64,000 bases of DNA from an uncultured Alphaproteobacteria bacterium. GTDB taxonomy: Bacteria; Pseudomonadota; Alphaproteobacteria; Caulobacterales; Caulobacteraceae. The notes beneath the pieces are model-generated. The model worked only from the letters and a program-made list of their open reading frames with translations. It did not search any database and had not been told where the DNA came from. Of this stretch, positions 60,803-64,000 are shown in pieces. Each line of letters starts with the position of its first letter. Position 1 is the first letter of the stretch. Position numbers and translations under genes: made by a program. The stretch lies in assembly GCA_963732685.1 (NCBI GenBank), contig CAVTAH010000004.1, positions 10,706-74,705 of the forward strand, read 5' to 3'.

Positions 60803-63057
60803 ATGCTGGAACTGTGGGGCGGTCACGAGTGCACCGTGAACCGTGTGCGCGACCGCTGGTTCGACCAGACGATCCGCACCGGGCACCAGGACGCGCATCG
60901 ACGATCTCGACCGATTCGCCGCGCTGGGGATTACGACGCTGCGCTATCCCGTGCTGTGGGAGCGCGTCTCTCCCGACCGGCCGGACCAGCGTGACTTCAC
61001 CTGGACCGACCAGCGCCTCGCCCGCATCCGTGAGCTCGGCCTGGGCGTCATCGCCGGCCTGATCCACCACGGCTCGGGCCCGCGCTACACCTCCCTGATC
61101 GACGACGCGGGCTTCGCGCCCGGCCTCGCCGCCCACGCCAAGGCCGTGGCCGAACGCTATCCGTGGATCGACGCCTACACCCCGGTGAACGAGCCGCTCA
61201 CCACCGCCCGCTTCAGCGCCCTCTACGGCCACTGGTATCCGCACCTCACCGACGAGGGCGCCTTCTGGCGGGCCCTGTTGAACCAGATCGACGCCACCCG
61301 CCTGGCCATGGCCGCCGTCCGCCGCGTGAACCCGGCCGCGCGCCTGATCCAGACCGACGATCTCGGCGTCACCCGTTCGACGCCCCGCGTCGCCTACCAG
61401 TCCGAGTTCGACAATCATCGCCGCTGGATCACCTGGGACCTGCTGTGCGGGGAGGTCGTCCCGGGACACCCACTCCACCACCACATCGCCGGCTTCGGTC
61501 TGGGCGACCGGCTCGCGGCCATCGCCGACGATCCCTGCCCGCCCGACGTGATCGGCGTGAACCACTACCTCACCAGCGAGCGCTTCCTCGATCACCGGCT
61601 CGATCTCTACCCGCCCGAGCTGCGCCCCGGACCCGGCCAGCCGCCCTTCGTCGATGTCGAGGCGGCGCGAGTGTGCGAGAGCGGCGTGGTCGGCCTCGAG
61701 GCCCTGCTCGCCGAAACCTGGGACCGCTACCGTCGTCCGATCGCCGTCACCGAATGCCACAACGGCAGCACCCGGGAGGAGCAGTTGCGCTGGGTGGCGG
61801 AGACCTGGCGCGCCTGCGAGCGGCTGCGCGCCGAGGGCGTCGACCTGCGCGCCGTCACCGCCTGGTCGCTGCTGGGGGCAGTCGACTGGGTCTGCCTGCT
61901 CCAGCGCGACCAGGGCTGCTACGAGCCCGGCGTCTTCGACCTGCGCGGCGGAGCGCCCCGCCCCACCGCCCTGGCGTCGCTCTGGCGCGACTTGGCTAGG
62001 CGGACCAATTCCTCCCCCGTCGTCTCTCGCAGGAAAGGGGAGGAATGGGCCGGCGTCGCCCCCGTGGCCTTCACCGCCCCCGGCTGGTGGCGGCGCGACA
62101 GCCGCTATGTCTTTCCCCATCGCGCGCGCAAGCTGGCCCCCTGCCCGACACCCGAGAGGAGGACCCCCGTGCCCCAGATCGTCGCCGGCCCGATCGTCAT
62201 CACCGGCGCCACCGGCACCCTCGGCCGCGCCTTCGCCCGAGCCTGCGCCGCGAGAGCCCTGCCGTTCGTGCTCACCGACCGCCGGCGACTCCCGATCGAA
62301 GACGAGGCCGCCGCGCGCCGGATCCTGGCCGAGCTCAAGCCCTCGGCCGTGATCAACACGGCCGGCTTCGTGCGGGTGGACGAGGCGGAGCGCGAGGTCG
62401 ACGCCTGCATGGCCGCCAACGCCGACGGCGCCGGACGCCTCGCCGGCGTCTGCGCCGCCGAAGACGTCCCCTTCGTCACCTTCTCCTCCGACCTGGTGTT
62501 CGACGGTCGAAAGGGCGGCCCCTTACCTGGAGAGCGACGCTCCCAATCCGCTCAACGTCTACGGGCGAAGCAAGGCGGAGGCCGAGCGGCTCGTCGCCGA
62601 GGCCGGCGGCCGGAGCCTGATCGTGCGTACCGCCGCCTTCTTCCAGGCCCACGACCCGCATAACTTCGCGGTCCACGTCCTCAACGCCCTGCGCGCCGGA
62701 AACAGCTTCGCCGCGCCCGACGACGCCGTGGTCTCGCCCACCCACGTCCCGGATCTCGTGGACGCGACCCTCGATCTCGTCATCGATGGCGAGACCGGCC
62801 TCTGGCACCTCGCCAGCCCCGGCGCCGCCAGCTGGGCCGAGTTCGCCCGGATGATCGCCCGGGCCGCCGGTTTGGACGAACGTCGCATCGAGGGCCGCCC
62901 CTGGCGTGGGTTCGGCTGGCCGGCGACACGCCCCGCCAACGTCGCCCTGGACAGCCAGCGCGGCGCCTTGCTCCCGCCGTTGGAGGCGGCGATCGCCCGC
63001 TTCGTGGCCGAGGCCGCGCCCCTGCACGAGCGGACCTCGGTGGGCGCCGGCCGCTGA
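60803..63057 (+). CDS. GH1-like glycoside hydrolase fused to an RmlD-like (dTDP-4-dehydrorhamnose reductase) domain; frameshifts near 60893 and 62522
   Basis: LWGGHECTVNR, LRYPVLWE, TPVNEP, GVNHY, VTE; then ITGATGTLG, NTAGFVRVD, SSDLVFDG, NVYGRSK, SPT.VPDL. Confidence 0.85.
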
Positions 63058-63333
63058 GGGCGAGGCTTCGCGCCAGCGTCCTGTTCCCATTCGTTACCGG
63101 CGTCCGCCTCACGGCATATGGGCGACGATCCGGGCAGCTTCGGGTATCCTCCAGCGCCAACCGAACAAGCGCACGCTTAGCGCGCCGCGTTGAATAACAT
63201 AGGTTTGCCTTTACGGCCTTCCCTTTACGTCAGCGTTACGCTTTATTGCTGAGGCGAACCAGGCTCATGCCTCGGCAGGCATCGGAGCCCGTGAGCGCTC
63301 GAACTGTTCTCACTGTTTTCTGGGGCTAACTGC

Positions 63334-63564
63334 ATGATTTCGGAACCGTCGATCAGATCAACGGGGGTTTTCCCCATGCGTGGCGCGTGCCGGAGCGACG
63401 ACGAACTCGTCCTCGCCTACACCGCCCACAGCCCGCTGGGCAATTTTGTCTTCCGCATGAAGTTCCCCGCCTCGACCCCACCGGACGCCGCCGCCATCCA
63501 GGCCCGCCGCCAAATCGCCGACGTCTGCCGCTCCCTCGCCGAAGCCGCCGAACACGCCGTCTGA
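63334..63564 (+). CDS. Hypothetical protein (start may be the ATG at 63377)
   Basis: Short ORF with host-like codons in its 3' half, between a low-GC intergenic region and the convergent lipocalin. Confidence 0.5.
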   Translation: MISEPSIRSTGVFPMRGACRSDDELVLAYTAHSPLGNFVFRMKFPASTPPDAAAIQARRQIADVCRSLAEAAEHAV

Positions 63565-63636
63565 GGCCCGCTCGGATCGAAGGCGCCCGGATGACCTAAG
63601 TCTCGTCTCTCCAGGCCGGGAAACGGCGTCTTCCCC

Positions 63637-64000
63637 TCAGGATCCGGTGGCGGGAAACTCCAGCAACGCCGTGTCGTAACCGAGGGCTTTGGCGCGAGCC
63701 ACCAAAGCCGCGACCTCGGTCTGCGATGGATGAGGATTGCGCGTGTAGATCCAGAGATTGTGGAAGCTCGGATCGGATGAAATGAACCACGCGTAGTCGT
63801 CCGCGTGTTCCAAGACCCAGTAGTCACGCGGCAGAGTGACAATTCCGAAGACGTGATAGCTCACGTGGAGTTTGGCGTTGGCGCCGGGATCGACAATCTG
63901 GGCGGGTCCGCCGATCGTCTTCAACGCGCCCGACGGCGAGCCCTTGTGGCAGAAGTCCTCCACCTTCACCTTGTCGCCGCTCAGCTTCGTATAGGTGGTC
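63637..64000 (-). CDS. Lipocalin (Blc-like), 5' end outside the window
   Basis: AKLHVSY, DYWVLEHADDYAW, LWIYTR, KALGYD. Confidence 0.88.
   Translation of the reverse strand, partial: TTYTKLSGDKVKVEDFCHKGSPSGALKTIGGPAQIVDPGANAKLHVSYHVFGIVTLPRDYWVLEHADDYAWFISSDPSFHNLWIYTRNPHPSQTEVAALVARAKALGYDTALLEFPATGS

Overview
High-GC alphaproteobacterial chromosomal window, most consistent with Caulobacteraceae (Caulobacter/Phenylobacterium-like): split F1-only atp operon with a short epsilon, PEPxxWA-CTERM protein, many TonB receptors, EcfG/SigT and GTTC-N7-GTTC motifs. Core genes are dnaG-rpoD, atpHAGDC, uvrB, glpK, tesB, rlmJ, methylmalonyl-CoA mutase and katE. Interspersed among them are three type II toxin-antitoxin pairs, a TonB receptor plus three-amidohydrolase operon, a two-component system with a TonB receptor, bacterial topoisomerase IB, and several uncharacterised cassettes. 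I found no rRNA, tRNA, CRISPR array, transposase or integrase. About ten single-base frameshifts and an in-frame TAG in rpoD, including lesions in housekeeping genes, look like consensus errors rather than biology. The most interesting signals are: (1) microproteins missed or hidden by the ORF track (a 53-aa secreted His/Trp/Arg peptide, a 66-aa heptad-His protein, a 56-aa peptide behind an EcfG-type promoter); (2) a dispersed general-stress (EcfG) regulon that appears to include topoisomerase IB; (3) an HTH-TM-TPR membrane regulator divergent from a PEP-CTERM protein; (4) a LexA-type box ahead of a DUF433/PIN TA pair; (5) a perfect palindrome over the vapB start. All family assignments come from motif recognition, not database searches.
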